Source: Pseudomonadota bacterium
Lineage (GTDB): Bacteria; Desulfobacterota; Binatia; Binatales; Binataceae
Reading direction: 5' to 3'
Assembly: GCA_021324755.1 (NCBI GenBank)
Contig: JAJPIL010000001.1
Location: 152 to 64,151, forward strand
DNA: 64,000 bases
Part shown: one piece after another, positions 9,246 to 18,916 of the stretch
Position numbering within the stretch: the stretch's first letter is position 1
How the letters are laid out: each line of letters begins with the position of its first letter
Translations under genes and position numbers: made by a program
Notes under the pieces: model-generated
Seen by the model: only the letters and a program-made list of their open reading frames with translations
What the model was told of the DNA's origin: nothing
Database searches by the model: none

Positions 9246-11068
9246 CGGTTCGAAATCCCAACGCCAAAGCCGCGCTCGCCCTGCTCGAGGAACTCTGCCG
9301 CTTGGGCGTGCGCGAGGTATGTATCAGCCCGGGCTCGCGCTCGACGGCGCTCGTGACCGCCGCGCTCAAGACGGCCGCGATGCGCTCGCGGGTAATCCTG
9401 GACGAGCGTTCGAGCGCTTTCTTCGCGCTCGGGCTTGCGCGCGCCTCGGGCCGACCGGCGCTCGCGATCTGCACCTCGGGCACCGCCGCCGCCAACTTCA
9501 TGCCCGCCGTGGTCGAAGCCAACCTCTCCCATACGCCGCTAATCGTGCTTACCGCCGACCGCCCGCCCGAGCTTCAGGATTGTCACGCGCCCCAGACGAT
9601 CGACCAGACGCGGCTTTACGGTGTTCACGTGCGCCTCAGTATCGAGCTTCCGGCGCCCGAGGACCGGCCCGACCTGGAAGAGAATTTCCGCGCCGCCGCC
9701 TTCCGCGCCTTCGCGGCGGCGATTGGAATCCCGCCCGGCCCGGTACATATAAACTTCCCCATGCGCGAGCCCCTGATCGACGTCGCGGAGGAAAAAGCTG
9801 CGCTCGACCGCCTAAGCGAGTCTCGATCCACGCCGACGCCTGCGTCCTCGGAGCCGCCGCCCACGGTCGCGATACTCCCAAGCCTGCTCGGCCCCGACCA
9901 GGCTGCCGTGGAGCAGCTCAAATCCACGCTCGATCGCAGCCTGCGCGGGCTTATTATCTGCGGCCCTGGGACGCTTGCCGGCCCCGACCCCGAAAAGGCG
10001 AAAAGAAGTATCCTTGCGCTCGCCGAGCGCCTCGACTGGCCCGTGCTCGCCGACCCGCTCTCCGGGATGCGTTTTGGTCGGCACGACGCAAGCCGTATCG
10101 TCGACGCCTACGACGTGTTGACCCGCGAGCGCAGGCTCGATCCCGCGCTCGCGCCCCAAGCCGCGATCCAGTTCGGACATCCGCTGACTTCCAAGGCGAC
10201 GCTCGAATTTCTGGCGCGCAACAAGCCGCTTGCCTTCTACCTGGTCGTCGCGCCGTGCGGAACCTGGCCCGACCCGTACCGCCTGGCCACGGCCGCGCTG
10301 CGCGCCGATCCGGTCGCGCTTTGCACCGCGCTGCTCGAGCAACACGGGCTTGCGCCCGCGCCCGCCGATTGGCGCGCACGATGGGAGATCGCGTCGCGCG
10401 CCGCGCGGGAGCGCCTAAACGCTCTGCTTGCCGACTATCAGGCACCTTTCGAAGGAAAAGTGTTCACGGAGCTTTTGGCCCGAATGCCCGAGCATAGCCT
10501 CCTCTACGTCGGCAACAGCATGCCCGTGCGCGACCTCGACACCTTCGGCCCTGCGCTCGGCCGCGAAATCCGCGTGCTCGCCAACCGCGGCGCAAACGGA
10601 ATCGACGGCGTCCTTTCCAGCGCGGCCGGCGCAAGCGCCGGCGCCTCGTGCCCCACCGTTTTGGTGCTGGGCGACCTAAGCTTCCTCCACGACTTGAGCG
10701 GCCTGCTCACCGCCGCGCGCTGGGCGCCGAACCTCACCGCCGTCGTGCTCAACAACGACGGCGGCGCGATCTTCTCGTTTCTGCCCCATGCCGCGCTCGG
10801 CGCGCCGTTCGTAACATACTTCGTCGCGCCCCACGGTCTCAAAGACCTCGCGCCCGCCGCCGAGCTCGTCGCCACGAACTTAAGCCGCCCGCAAAACTGG
10901 CCAGAGTTCGGCCAGACGCTTAAGCGCGCGCTCTGCGCGCCGGGCTTCAAGCTCGTCGAAGTCCGAACCGACCGCGACCAAAACCTAAAGCTCCATCGCC
11001 ACTTTATCGCCGAGGCGCTGGCGGCAAGCTGCCAGGCTCTCGCGCAGCGCGGGCTTCTACGAGAGTGA
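9242..11068 (+). CDS. menD: 2-succinyl-5-enolpyruvyl-6-hydroxy-3-cyclohexene-1-carboxylate synthase (TPP-dependent)
   Basis: N-terminus AKAALALLEELCRLGVREVCISPGSRSTALV ... GRPALAICTSGTAAANFMPAVVEANLSHTPLIVLTADRPPEL is the MenD TPP-enzyme signature. ATG at 9242 overlaps the menF stop. The 1044-aa ORF in the track is an upstream read-through artefact. Confidence 0.9.
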   Translation: MTVRNPNAKAALALLEELCRLGVREVCISPGSRSTALVTAALKTAAMRSRVILDERSSAFFALGLARASGRPALAICTSGTAAANFMPAVVEANLSHTPLIVLTADRPPELQDCHAPQTIDQTRLYGVHVRLSIELPAPEDRPDLEENFRAAAFRAFAAAIGIPPGPVHINFPMREPLIDVAEEKAALDRLSESRSTPTPASSEPPPTVAILPSLLGPDQAAVEQLKSTLDRSLRGLIICGPGTLAGPDPEKAKRSILALAERLDWPVLADPLSGMRFGRHDASRIVDAYDVLTRERRLDPALAPQAAIQFGHPLTSKATLEFLARNKPLAFYLVVAPCGTWPDPYRLATAALRADPVALCTALLEQHGLAPAPADWRARWEIASRAARERLNALLADYQAPFEGKVFTELLARMPEHSLLYVGNSMPVRDLDTFGPALGREIRVLANRGANGIDGVLSSAAGASAGASCPTVLVLGDLSFLHDLSGLLTAARWAPNLTAVVLNNDGGAIFSFLPHAALGAPFVTYFVAPHGLKDLAPAAELVATNLSRPQNWPEFGQTLKRALCAPGFKLVEVRTDRDQNLKLHRHFIAEALAASCQALAQRGLLRE

Positions 11069-11077
11069 GTTCGTGCC

Positions 11078-11986
11078 ATGGTCCGCAAAGTCGCAACCTC
11101 GCTTGCAACCTTCGAGCTTGCCGACGAGACGGCGCCGCGCCGATCATGCTCGAGCGCCGCACGCGACCACGAGCGATTGCCCGTGGCGCTCCTGCACGGC
11201 TTTACCGGCAACAAGCAAAGCTTCGCCACGCTGCGCTCGGGCCTGCGCGCCAGGGGCTTTCGCGTGCTCGCCTTCGACCTTCCATTCCATGGCGGCACGG
11301 TCGTGACCGCTCCAGTTGCGGCGCTGTCGGTCGAAGGATGCGCCCGGGCGCTCGTCGAGGCGCTCGACGCGCTCGGAGTCCAGCGCTTTTGCTTGATGGG
11401 CTACTCGATGGGCGGGCGAATCGCGCTTGCGCTCGCCCTGAACCATCCAGACCGCGTCGCGCGCCTGGTACTCGAGAGCGCCTCGGCCGGAATCGCCGAC
11501 GAGCGCGAGCGCGACGAGCGCCGGCGCGCCGACGAGGAGCTCGCCAGGTTCGCCGAAGAGAACGGAATCGAGCCGTTCGTGGCACGATGGGAGGCGATGG
11601 CGCTGTTCGCTTCGCTCGGCGCGATGCCCGAGCGCAGAAAACAGGCGCTCAGACGAATCCGCCTTTCGTGCCGCGCGCCGGAGCTCGCCCGATGCCTGCG
11701 CACGCTCGGCACCGGCTCCCAGCCTTACCTGGGAGACAGGCTACACACGCTTAGCGCCGAAACGCTGCTCATCGCCGGGCGACTCGACGCGAAGTATTGC
11801 GCCGCCGCGCGTGCGATGAACCGGGCGATCGCCCGTTCGCGCCTTGCGATAATCGACGGCGCCGGCCACGTCCCCCATCTGGAACGCCCCCGCGTCGTCC
11901 TGCGCCTGGTCGCGGCGTTCCTGGCGGGCAAGGAGCCTTTGCAAGAAATCAAATCCACACAGGGAGAAGAGATGCGATGTCGGTAA
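11078..11986 (+). CDS. menH: 2-succinyl-6-hydroxy-2,4-cyclohexadiene-1-carboxylate synthase (alpha/beta hydrolase)
   Basis: Alpha/beta-hydrolase with nucleophile elbow ([16 protein letters not shown]) and a C-terminal [11 protein letters not shown] motif. Sits between menD and menB, as in classical men operons. Confidence 0.75.
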   Translation: MVRKVATSLATFELADETAPRRSCSSAARDHERLPVALLHGFTGNKQSFATLRSGLRARGFRVLAFDLPFHGGTVVTAPVAALSVEGCARALVEALDALGVQRFCLMGYSMGGRIALALALNHPDRVARLVLESASAGIADERERDERRRADEELARFAEENGIEPFVARWEAMALFASLGAMPERRKQALRRIRLSCRAPELARCLRTLGTGSQPYLGDRLHTLSAETLLIAGRLDAKYCAAARAMNRAIARSRLAIIDGAGHVPHLERPRVVLRLVAAFLAGKEPLQEIKSTQGEEMRCR

Positions 11987-12801
11987 AGTGGGTCAAACTT
12001 CGCGACTACCAAGATATCAAGTACGAAAAAGTGGAAGGCGAAGCGATCGCCAAGATAACGATCAATCGCCCCCACGTGCGAAACGCCTTCCGCCCGCTTA
12101 CGGTAAGCGAGATGATCGACGCGTTTTCGCGCGCCCGCGACGACGCCGATATCGGCGTGATTATCCTTACCGGCGAAGGGACGCTCGCCTTTTGCAGCGG
12201 CGGCGACCAGCGCGTGCGCGGCGACCAGGGCTACGTCGGCGAGGACAAAATACCGCGCCTCAACGTGCTCGACCTGCAAAAGCTGATCCGCAGTATCCCC
12301 AAGCCGGTGGTGGCGATGGTCGCCGGCTACGCGATCGGCGGAGGCCACGTGCTTCACGTGGTGTGCGACCTTACGATCGCCGCCGACAACGCCGTCTTCG
12401 GCCAGACCGGCCCCAGAGTGGGAAGCTTCGACGGCGGCTTCGGCGCCTCCCAGCTCGCCCGCCTCGTCGGCCAAAAGAAGGCGCGCGAAATATGGTATCT
12501 GTGCCGCCAGTACAGCGCCAAGGAAGCGCTCGAGATGGGATTGGTCAACACGGTCGTGCCGCTGGCCGAACTGGAGCAAACGACGCTCCAATGGTGCCGC
12601 GAGATGCTGGCGATGAGCCCGTTGGCGCTGCGATGCCTTAAGTCGGCGTTCAACGCCGAAATGGACGGGATGGCGGGAATTCAGGAGCTCGCCGGCAACG
12701 CAACGCTGCTCTACTACATGACCGAAGAGGCCCAGGAAGGGCGAAACGCGTACCTCGAGAAGCGTAAGCCCGACTTCTCGCGCTTCAGACGGCTGCCATG
12801 A
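11977..12801 (+). CDS. menB: 1,4-dihydroxy-2-naphthoyl-CoA synthase (crotonase fold)
   Basis: [40 protein letters not shown] ... [16 protein letters not shown] is diagnostic for MenB. AGGGAGAAGA SD before the ATG at 11977. Overlaps the menH stop by 10 nt. Confidence 0.9.
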   Translation: MSVKWVKLRDYQDIKYEKVEGEAIAKITINRPHVRNAFRPLTVSEMIDAFSRARDDADIGVIILTGEGTLAFCSGGDQRVRGDQGYVGEDKIPRLNVLDLQKLIRSIPKPVVAMVAGYAIGGGHVLHVVCDLTIAADNAVFGQTGPRVGSFDGGFGASQLARLVGQKKAREIWYLCRQYSAKEALEMGLVNTVVPLAELEQTTLQWCREMLAMSPLALRCLKSAFNAEMDGMAGIQELAGNATLLYYMTEEAQEGRNAYLEKRKPDFSRFRRLP

Positions 12802-13739
12802 GCGGCGAGAAAGAAAACCGCTTGCCTGGCGCTCACGGACGTTCTGACGCCGAGGGTGCCATGCGCGATCTCGGCGGGCTTTCGAAATGGGTGATGGCGG
12901 CGCGGCCGCGCACCTTGCCGGCGGCGGTCGTGCCCGTAATCGTGGGGCTTTCGCTCGCGCGCCGCTTCCGACCGCTCGACCCGCTGGTAGCGGCCGCCAC
13001 GCTCGCCGCCGCGCTCCTGATCCAGATCGGCACCAACTACGCCAACGACTACTACGACTTCGTCTCGGGAGCCGACGTTCCGGGCCGCCTGGGTCCGACG
13101 AGAATCACCCAGGCGGGGCTCGCCACGCCCAGCGCGGTAAAGCGCGCCGCCTTCGCCTCGCTCGGCCTTGCGGCGGCGATCGGCCTCTACCTGGTCGCCA
13201 AGGGCGGATGGCCGATTCTTTTAGTTGGCGTGGCCTCGCTCGCAAGCGCGCTCGCCTACAGCGCCGGCCCCTATCCGCTCGCCTCGCTCGGCCTGGGAGA
13301 CCTTTTCGTTTTTATCTTCTTCGGCCTGGTCGCGGTAAACGGCGCCGTCTATCTTCAGGGCGCACCGCTCGGCGCGCTGTCGCTGCTCGCCTCGCTGCCC
13401 GTAGCCTGCCTGGTGACGGCGATCCTTGTGGTGAACAACGTGCGCGACATCCCCACCGACGCCCAGGCAGGCAAGCGCACGCTTGCCGTGCGCTTGGGCG
13501 AGCGGGCGGGCCGGCTCGAGTACTACGTGCTGGTCGCGGGCGCCTACCTGGCGCTGGTCCCGCTCTGGAAGGCGGCGGGAGCGGGCGTGATGCTCGCGCT
13601 GCTAAGCGCGCCCGTGGCGCTTGCCGAAGCGCGCGCCTTCAGCGTGCGACGAGGTGCCGCGCTCAACCAAAGCCTTGCCGGCACGGCGCGCCTCCATCTG
13701 ATCTTCGGCCTTCTGCTCGCGCTGGGACTTCTGCTCTGA
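12798..13739 (+). CDS. menA: 1,4-dihydroxy-2-naphthoate polyprenyltransferase (UbiA family)
   Basis: Polytopic membrane protein with the UbiA-family motif [20 protein letters not shown] and [24 protein letters not shown] overlap with the menB stop. Confidence 0.85.
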   Translation: MSGEKENRLPGAHGRSDAEGAMRDLGGLSKWVMAARPRTLPAAVVPVIVGLSLARRFRPLDPLVAAATLAAALLIQIGTNYANDYYDFVSGADVPGRLGPTRITQAGLATPSAVKRAAFASLGLAAAIGLYLVAKGGWPILLVGVASLASALAYSAGPYPLASLGLGDLFVFIFFGLVAVNGAVYLQGAPLGALSLLASLPVACLVTAILVVNNVRDIPTDAQAGKRTLAVRLGERAGRLEYYVLVAGAYLALVPLWKAAGAGVMLALLSAPVALAEARAFSVRRGAALNQSLAGTARLHLIFGLLLALGLLL

Positions 13740-14002
13740 GCACGCCCCGAGCAGGCGGCGCCGTATCGCTCCTTCCACTTTCGCCTTCGCGCGCAAAGGC
13801 CGCCTGCTCAAGGTTAATGCCGTAATTTTTACCTGCACGGGGCGCTTTCCACTCGCGCCCGGCCGCACCTCGAAGCTCAGCCTTGACGCCTTTGAAAAGG
13901 CGCGCTCGAATCGTGCTTGTCAGGCGCGGGCAGCAGCGCTATGGGAGAACAAGACATCTTTTGGGTGCTCGATCGAGGATAGCGACTTTTACGGGATTGG
14001 CG

Positions 14003-15196
14003 ATGAGGATCGTTCGCGCCGAAATCGAACATCGAAGGCTTAAGCTTCGTGCTCCGCTTACGACCTCGCGAGCGACGATCGCCGAACGCGAAAGCTTCGT
14101 GCTGCGCCTTTACGACGAACAAGGTGTTTGGGGCGCGGGCGAGGCCGCCCCGCCCTACTGGCTGGGAGGCGAAACGCTAAAACAAACCTACGCCTCGCTG
14201 AGCGCCGTCGCCGAGCTCGTCGCCCGCCGCTCCCATCCGGGCACCCATCCCGCGCTTCTGCTACCGGAGCGAAAAGGCCGTCTGTCAGGCGCTTGCGCCG
14301 CAAGGCGAACTCGCCTTCGAGAGGCTCCTGGAGGAGAAAGATTGTGCGGTCGGCGCAGGCTTGCTGAGCTCGCCGTAGCGCTTTCGCCGGCTGCGCGATG
14401 CGCGCTCGAGGCAGCGATGCTCGACCTCGAGGCGAGGCTCAAGGGCGCAAGCGTGGCCTCGCTTCTCTCGCGAGCTTTGCCAAAAACGTCTCCCAACCAG
14501 CCGCTTTACGTCTCGGCGCTGCTCAAGGCGCGCACCGCGCCCGGCGTCTACGCCGAGGCGCGCGCGCTGGCCGACAAGGGCTTTTGCGCCTTCAAGCTCA
14601 AAGTGGGAGCGCGCGAGATCGAGGACGACCTTGCGCTGCTGCGCGCGCTAAGACGGGCGCTTGCCTCGAGCGGCGCAAAGACGGCCTCGATTCGGCTCGA
14701 CGCAAATCGTGCCTTCTCCTTTGGCACAGCGCTCGAATTTCTCAAAGCCGCGCTCGCCGAAGGGCCGCTCGAGTTCGTCGAGGAGCCGCTCAAAAGGCCT
14801 GCGCCGGCGGCGCTTGCGCGCCTTCGCCACGAGCTCGCCGTTGCGATCGCGCTCGATGAGTCCGTGACCAGCGAGTCGCAACTGCGCACCTACCTTCGCG
14901 CCGGCGCGCTCGACGTCGTGGTGGTAAAGACTGCACGCCTGGGAGGACTAAGCTCCGCGCTCGAGCTCGCCCGCACAGCGCTCGGCGCGGGGGCACGCGT
15001 ATGTGTCACCGACGCGATCGAAGGGCCGCTCGGGATGGCCGCCGCGGTCCATCTGGGAGCGGCGCTCTCTCCGTTCGCGCTCGCTCTGGGTCTGGGAGGC
15101 GCACGCTACCTTGCCGAGCGCGTGCTCGGCGACTTCCCAGCTCGTGCGCCAATCCTTTTCGCATGCGCGCCCGGCTTCTCGGTGCAAGCCGCCTAG
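14003..15196 (+). CDS. menC: enolase-superfamily enzyme, most likely o-succinylbenzoate synthase
   Basis: KLKVG ... IRLDANRAFS ... FVEEPL ... AIALDESV pattern of metal ligands typical of the MR/MLE subgroup. Position downstream of menA. ATG at 14003 lies inside a longer ORF that starts at 13883. Confidence 0.7.
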   Translation: MRIVRAEIEHRRLKLRAPLTTSRATIAERESFVLRLYDEQGVWGAGEAAPPYWLGGETLKQTYASLSAVAELVARRSHPGTHPALLLPERKGRLSGACAARRTRLREAPGGERLCGRRRLAELAVALSPAARCALEAAMLDLEARLKGASVASLLSRALPKTSPNQPLYVSALLKARTAPGVYAEARALADKGFCAFKLKVGAREIEDDLALLRALRRALASSGAKTASIRLDANRAFSFGTALEFLKAALAEGPLEFVEEPLKRPAPAALARLRHELAVAIALDESVTSESQLRTYLRAGALDVVVVKTARLGGLSSALELARTALGAGARVCVTDAIEGPLGMAAAVHLGAALSPFALALGLGGARYLAERVLGDFPARAPILFACAPGFSVQAA

Positions 15197-15690
15197 CGCC
15201 CCATCCCCGCCCAAGGCAAAAACCTGCCCGCCGCGCGCACCTGGCGCGCCAAGGGCTTGACCGGCACTCGCTTGCACTCTAGCCTTGAAAAGCTTCCAGG
15301 CGCTGGCTTGCAAGAAGAGCCGCCCGCTCGGACTTCTCGCTCAAAGTCCACGAGGATGGTTTTTTCGATCTCTTCGCCGTCGGCGCTGAATTTTTTAAGG
15401 GCAGGCGAAAAAATTCACAAACTCGACACGCCAAGCGATTGCATCAAGGGCGCCTGTTTTACTAGCCTGTTTCAAGCCCACCAAATTGGGTATGCTTGGC
15501 AAGCCGGTGCGCCGACGATCGTGGGTGGCGAACCGGCGTTGTGGATGGAGCGCGGGAGGAGCGAAGGCAAACCGATGCTTGCCGGCGCCCGACCTTGGCG
15601 GGCGAGCTTCGGCCCGAAGCCCGCGACCGCGTAAGGCGCGCCTGACCCGGTCAGGCGCGAAAAAATCGCGAGCAGGAGGAGAAAAGTTGC

Positions 15691-16407
15691 ATGGCTGGTT
15701 CGAAACCAAAAGGACGCGTGTCCGCTTTGCTCGGACTTTCCCTGGGGACCGTCCTAGCGCTAAACGGCTGCAGCCTCAACGGCGTGACCGAAAGACGTGA
15801 ACGGATCAAGCGATGTATGATCAACGGCGCGATCTTGGGCGCGATGACCGGTGGCCTTGCAGGCGGCCTTACGGCGGCGCGCTCGGATTGGTCCGACAAC
15901 GCCAAGATCGGACTTCCCGCCGGAATCGTGGGCGGCGCTTTAGTCGGCAGCGCCTTGGGTTACCTGATGTGCCCCGAGCAGCAGGCGCAAGCCGCGCCAC
16001 CGCCGCCGCCACCGCCGCCGCCACCGCCACCTCCCCCACCTCCACCTCCGCCTGCTGCGCCCCCAGCTAAGAAGATTATTCTGCGCGGCGTGCACTTCGA
16101 CTTCGACAAAGCGGTGATCCGGCCGGTCGACGAGCCGGTGCTGGATGAGGCCGTGGAGACGCTCAAGGAGAACCCCAATTTGCGGGTCGAGGTCAACGGC
16201 TACACCGACGCTATCGGCAGCGAGGCCTACAATTTAAGGCTTTCCGAGCGGCGTGCCCAAGCGGTGGCGCGCTACCTTGAAGCGCACGGAATCGCGCGCG
16301 ATCGGCTGATTATCCACGGCTACGGCAAGACCCATTTCGTGGCCACCAACCGAACCGCCGAAGGCCGCGCGCAAAACCGCCGAGTCGAACTGATCCCGAT
16401 TCAGTAG
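15691..16407 (+). CDS. OmpA-family (OmpA/MotB/Pal-like C-terminal domain) lipoprotein with 21-residue polyproline linker
   Basis: Signal/lipobox LALNGCS. The C-terminal domain NGYTDAIGSEAYNLRLSERRAQAVARYL ... GYGKTHFVATNRTAEGRAQNRRVEL is a canonical OmpA_C peptidoglycan-binding domain. AGGAGGAG SD upstream. Confidence 0.85.
   Translation: MAGSKPKGRVSALLGLSLGTVLALNGCSLNGVTERRERIKRCMINGAILGAMTGGLAGGLTAARSDWSDNAKIGLPAGIVGGALVGSALGYLMCPEQQAQAAPPPPPPPPPPPPPPPPPPPAAPPAKKIILRGVHFDFDKAVIRPVDEPVLDEAVETLKENPNLRVEVNGYTDAIGSEAYNLRLSERRAQAVARYLEAHGIARDRLIIHGYGKTHFVATNRTAEGRAQNRRVELIPIQ
15997..16059 (+). repeat. 63-nt (CCN)21 tract encoding P21
   Basis: Direct reading: an uninterrupted run of CCG/CCA/CCT/CCC codons inside the OmpA-family gene. 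Confidence 0.9.
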
Positions 16408-16444
16408 CGCAAGCCACACCCGTTGGCCGACACGCGCTAAGGCT

Positions 16445-16480
16445 CCGGCCGCGCCCTGTTGACTTCAAGGGCGCGGCCGG
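16445..16480 (+). terminator. GC-rich hairpin (12-bp perfect stem CCGGCCGCGCCC / GGGCGCGGCCGG, 12-nt loop) 38 bp downstream of the OmpA-family gene
   Basis: Perfect inverted repeat read from the sequence. There is no clear U-tract, so it is an intrinsic-terminator candidate only. Confidence 0.4.
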
Positions 16481-16538
16481 ATTAAGGCTTGTAGCTTGAA
16501 AAACCGAAAGCCCGGCAGGGGGAGAAGAGTCGAGAGCT

Positions 16539-17042
16539 ATGGGGAAGTTCGGATCGACTGCCGCCGTGATCCGCTCGTCCGCGGCGGCGCTACTTTTGTG
16601 CGTGATCGCTCTTGCCCAAGCAAAATCGGCCGCCGCCCAAGGACTCGACGCACAGCGCCCGGGCGCAAGCCTGACCGCCAGAGCCGCGCGCGCCGACGAC
16701 AGCTCGAGCCTTTACCGCGAGGCCGAACGCGCCTTTCCGGCCTTCTGCCGCGAGTGGGAACGAAAACTGCGCCAACGCGAGCAGGACAACCTTGCCAACC
16801 TTAGATGGAGCGAGCGCAACGGCTACCAGACCGCGACCTACGTCGGCTACGGCCCGATCGAAAGCTGCGTCTGCAAGCGCTCAGCAAAAGGCCAGCCCGT
16901 CGGCAAAATCGTATACCGCGAGATGGTCTACTACTTGGTCGGGCGCACCGTGGAAGAGGCCAAGCGTAGCCAACCCAAACTTATCGGCAGCACCGATACG
17001 GTCGAGCTTTTCAACTGGAGCGGCCATCGATGGGAATACTGA
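16539..17042 (+). CDS. hypothetical secreted protein (167 aa) with N-terminal signal peptide
   Basis: GGGGGAG SD before the ATG. N-terminus AALLLCVIALAQAKSAAAQ is signal-peptide-like. No recognised domain. Confidence 0.5.
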   Translation: MGKFGSTAAVIRSSAAALLLCVIALAQAKSAAAQGLDAQRPGASLTARAARADDSSSLYREAERAFPAFCREWERKLRQREQDNLANLRWSERNGYQTATYVGYGPIESCVCKRSAKGQPVGKIVYREMVYYLVGRTVEEAKRSQPKLIGSTDTVELFNWSGHRWEY

Positions 17043-17690
17043 GCGGCGCAACTTTGCGCGCCGTCCGACCGAAGGCGCCCAGCGCTCAAGCTCCGAACAA
17101 GCCGCCCCGGGCTAAAGCCGCGCACGTCTCGAACCATTCAGCACACCCCTAGCGCTAAGCGCTCTTGCGCGCTTGCGGCCTGGGCGCAAAGGCCCGAGGA
17201 GCGCGCAAGCCCACGGACGCGCCGAACCATCTTGGCGCTTTCGCGCCGCGGCTGCGCACGACGGCTCGAAGGTGCGCTCTTTCGCCGAGGCCTCCTCCCA
17301 GAGGCACCTGCGCACCGGCGAAAGGCGGTCCCGGCGTTGCAAGATAAGTTTGCGGCGCGCGCAAGCCAATTTGGAAGGCGCGCACCTTCCAGGCTAAAAC
17401 GTCACCGCCAAACAAGGGGCCTTGGCCGGGTCTATCTCGTGGCGGCCCGCGCCCTGGATGGAGCGGCGCGAAAAGACGCCCCCGAGCGGAACAAGCGAGC
17501 GCAAAGCGCCAGCCCCCGCGCAAACCCGCCCGAACGGAGCCTCTTTCGCGCCCTCTCTACCACGGGCGCCGAGCTTGTGTGAACCGAACCCCCCGTTTGT
17601 ATCGTTTCCGCAACCGAGCGTCGTCTTCCCCCCAAAATGTGCGCGCCGGCGTCGTCTACCGCGCCGACGCTGACACCGCACGCTTGCCGC

Positions 17691-17924
17691 TCAGCTGCTC
17701 CTGCGCTTGAACGTAAGCGCAAGTTCGCTTCCGCGAAGCGTGCAGGTCACATTGTCGCCGGCCTTGAGCCTTAGCGCCTTGCGCACCGGGGCGGGAATAA
17801 CGATTCGCCCCTGCAAATCGAGCTTGACGGTGTAGGAGTCCGCTTTCTTAGGCGGCTTGGAAACTTTTTGCGCCTTCACCATCGGTTTCGATTTCGCCTT
17901 CATAGCCGTAACCCTCTGTACCAT
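17691..17924 (-). CDS. AbrB/MazE/SpoVT-type DNA-binding protein (orphan antitoxin-like regulator)
   Basis: LQGRIVIPAPVRKALRLKAGDNV matches the swapped-hairpin AbrB domain. No partner toxin ORF is evident downstream. Preceded by an AT-richer promoter-like spacer at 17925..18178. Confidence 0.6.
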   Translation of the reverse strand: MVQRVTAMKAKSKPMVKAQKVSKPPKKADSYTVKLDLQGRIVIPAPVRKALRLKAGDNVTCTLRGSELALTFKRRSS

Positions 17925-18178
17925 AGTCTAATTATATATCCATCCACGCGTGACTTGCATAATTCCCCATCAACCTCCTTCGCAGCCACGAGCTTAGCTT
18001 GTAACCATAAATACGCGATAAAGCAACTCCCCAGACGCAAAATTGTGGGGATTTGCACCCTGCGAGGGGCAAAACCAGACCAAAGCGGGGGTCTAGATGC
18101 CCCGACCGGGCAGGATCCAGGTCCGGCGCCGTGATATGCAAGTTTGCTCTGATTGAGGCTCTCGAAATTTTTGACGCG

Positions 18179-18736
18179 CTAAGCTTCGTCAGCGTCGTCT
18201 TGCTTGGCGTCGTCAGCGGCGGCGTCGTCGCCTTGCTTGGCGTCGTCGGCCTGCGACTCGTCGCCCAGGTAGACAGAACTATTCGGCGCCGCCAGATATT
18301 CGCGCAACGCCACGATCGACAGTTTGTCGAACGAGGCAAGCGTGGCCTCGGTCTGTTGGCGCGCCGGCGCGTCGAGCCCCAGAAGGGCCGCTTCGCGCTC
18401 CTCGATCTTAAGCGCCCGGTCGATCGCTTTTAGCGGCTCGCGCTCAAAATGTTGCCACAAAAGCCTGCGCATCGCACCAAGCCGCCGGAGCATCGCTTGT
18501 CGCGCCTGCTCCAGGTCGCTCGTCGGCTCCTGTCGAGCCTCGCGCAAAAGCGCCGCAAGTTCGCCGACGCCTCTTCCAGGGGCCTTCCGCTCGCTCCTGG
18601 TCTCGCCGCTCGCCGCAACCTGTGGCAGCAGGGGTTTTGCCGAACCGCGTTTGGTTGCGGCTTTAATCCCATTTTTTCGTTTCGGTCCTCGAGTGGAAGT
18701 CCTTTGGTTGGTCGGCCGCTTATCCCTCGTTCGCAT
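18179..18736 (-). CDS. hypothetical protein, basic N-terminus (K/R-rich) and acidic D/A/K-repeat C-terminal tail
   Basis: ORF co-directional with the upstream replicon-like genes. The C-terminal DDAKQGDDAAADDAKQDDADEA is encoded by short GAC-GAC-GCC repeats. No family recognised. Confidence 0.45.
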   Translation of the reverse strand: MRTRDKRPTNQRTSTRGPKRKNGIKAATKRGSAKPLLPQVAASGETRSERKAPGRGVGELAALLREARQEPTSDLEQARQAMLRRLGAMRRLLWQHFEREPLKAIDRALKIEEREAALLGLDAPARQQTEATLASFDKLSIVALREYLAAPNSSVYLGDESQADDAKQGDDAAADDAKQDDADEA

Positions 18737-18741
18737 CGATC

Positions 18742-18916
18742 GCCTCGCTCGATTTTTTGGATCTGTTTCTTTGGTACGCTCAATCGTGCTCCCCGTCGCG
18801 CCTTTTTGGTCCGCCTAGTCGCGGTCCCCATCGCGCCTTTTTGGTCGGCTTAATCGTGACCTCTAACGCACCTTTTGATAGGCCTAATCGCGGCTTTCGT
18901 CGCGCCTTTTTTCGCC
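18742..18916. repeat. about 5 tandem 35-bp direct repeats (consensus about GCYTAATCGYGSTCCCCRTCGCGCCTTTTTGGTCS), iteron-like
   Basis: Read directly. Four clean units lie at 18777-18811, 18812-18846, 18847-18881 and 18882-18916, with a degenerate fifth upstream. They occupy the intergenic space between the zinc-ribbon gene and the 185-aa gene. Confidence 0.75.

Noticed and set aside
9244-9262. tRNA T-loop-like GGTTCGAAATCC
   Set aside because: It lies inside the menF/menD coding overlap with no acceptor or anticodon arm context.
7612-9532. Long minus-strand ORFs (7612..8394, 7955..8428, 8400..8972, 8513..9532) antisense to menF
   Set aside because: Extreme Arg/Ala/Gly/Pro composition with no SD or domain. 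These are antisense artefacts of GC-rich coding sequence.
9812-10497. ORFs 9319..10497(+), 9812..10345(-) and 9954..10445(-) inside menD
   Set aside because: Alternate-frame, Arg-rich. menD's frame carries the conserved TPP-enzyme motifs.
7934-11068. 1044-aa ORF spanning menF and menD
   Set aside because: The N-terminal 435 residues are Arg/Ala-rich nonsense in an alternate frame of menF, a typical high-GC read-through artefact. The real menD starts at the ATG at 9242.
11725-12591. 288-aa minus-strand ORF antisense to menB
   Set aside because: Same artefact class. menB on the plus strand has unambiguous crotonase-fold motifs.
14058-15313. Multiple short overlapping ORFs on both strands within menC
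   Set aside because: Frame artefacts of the 72% GC sequence. Only the 14003..15196 frame has the enolase-superfamily ligand pattern.
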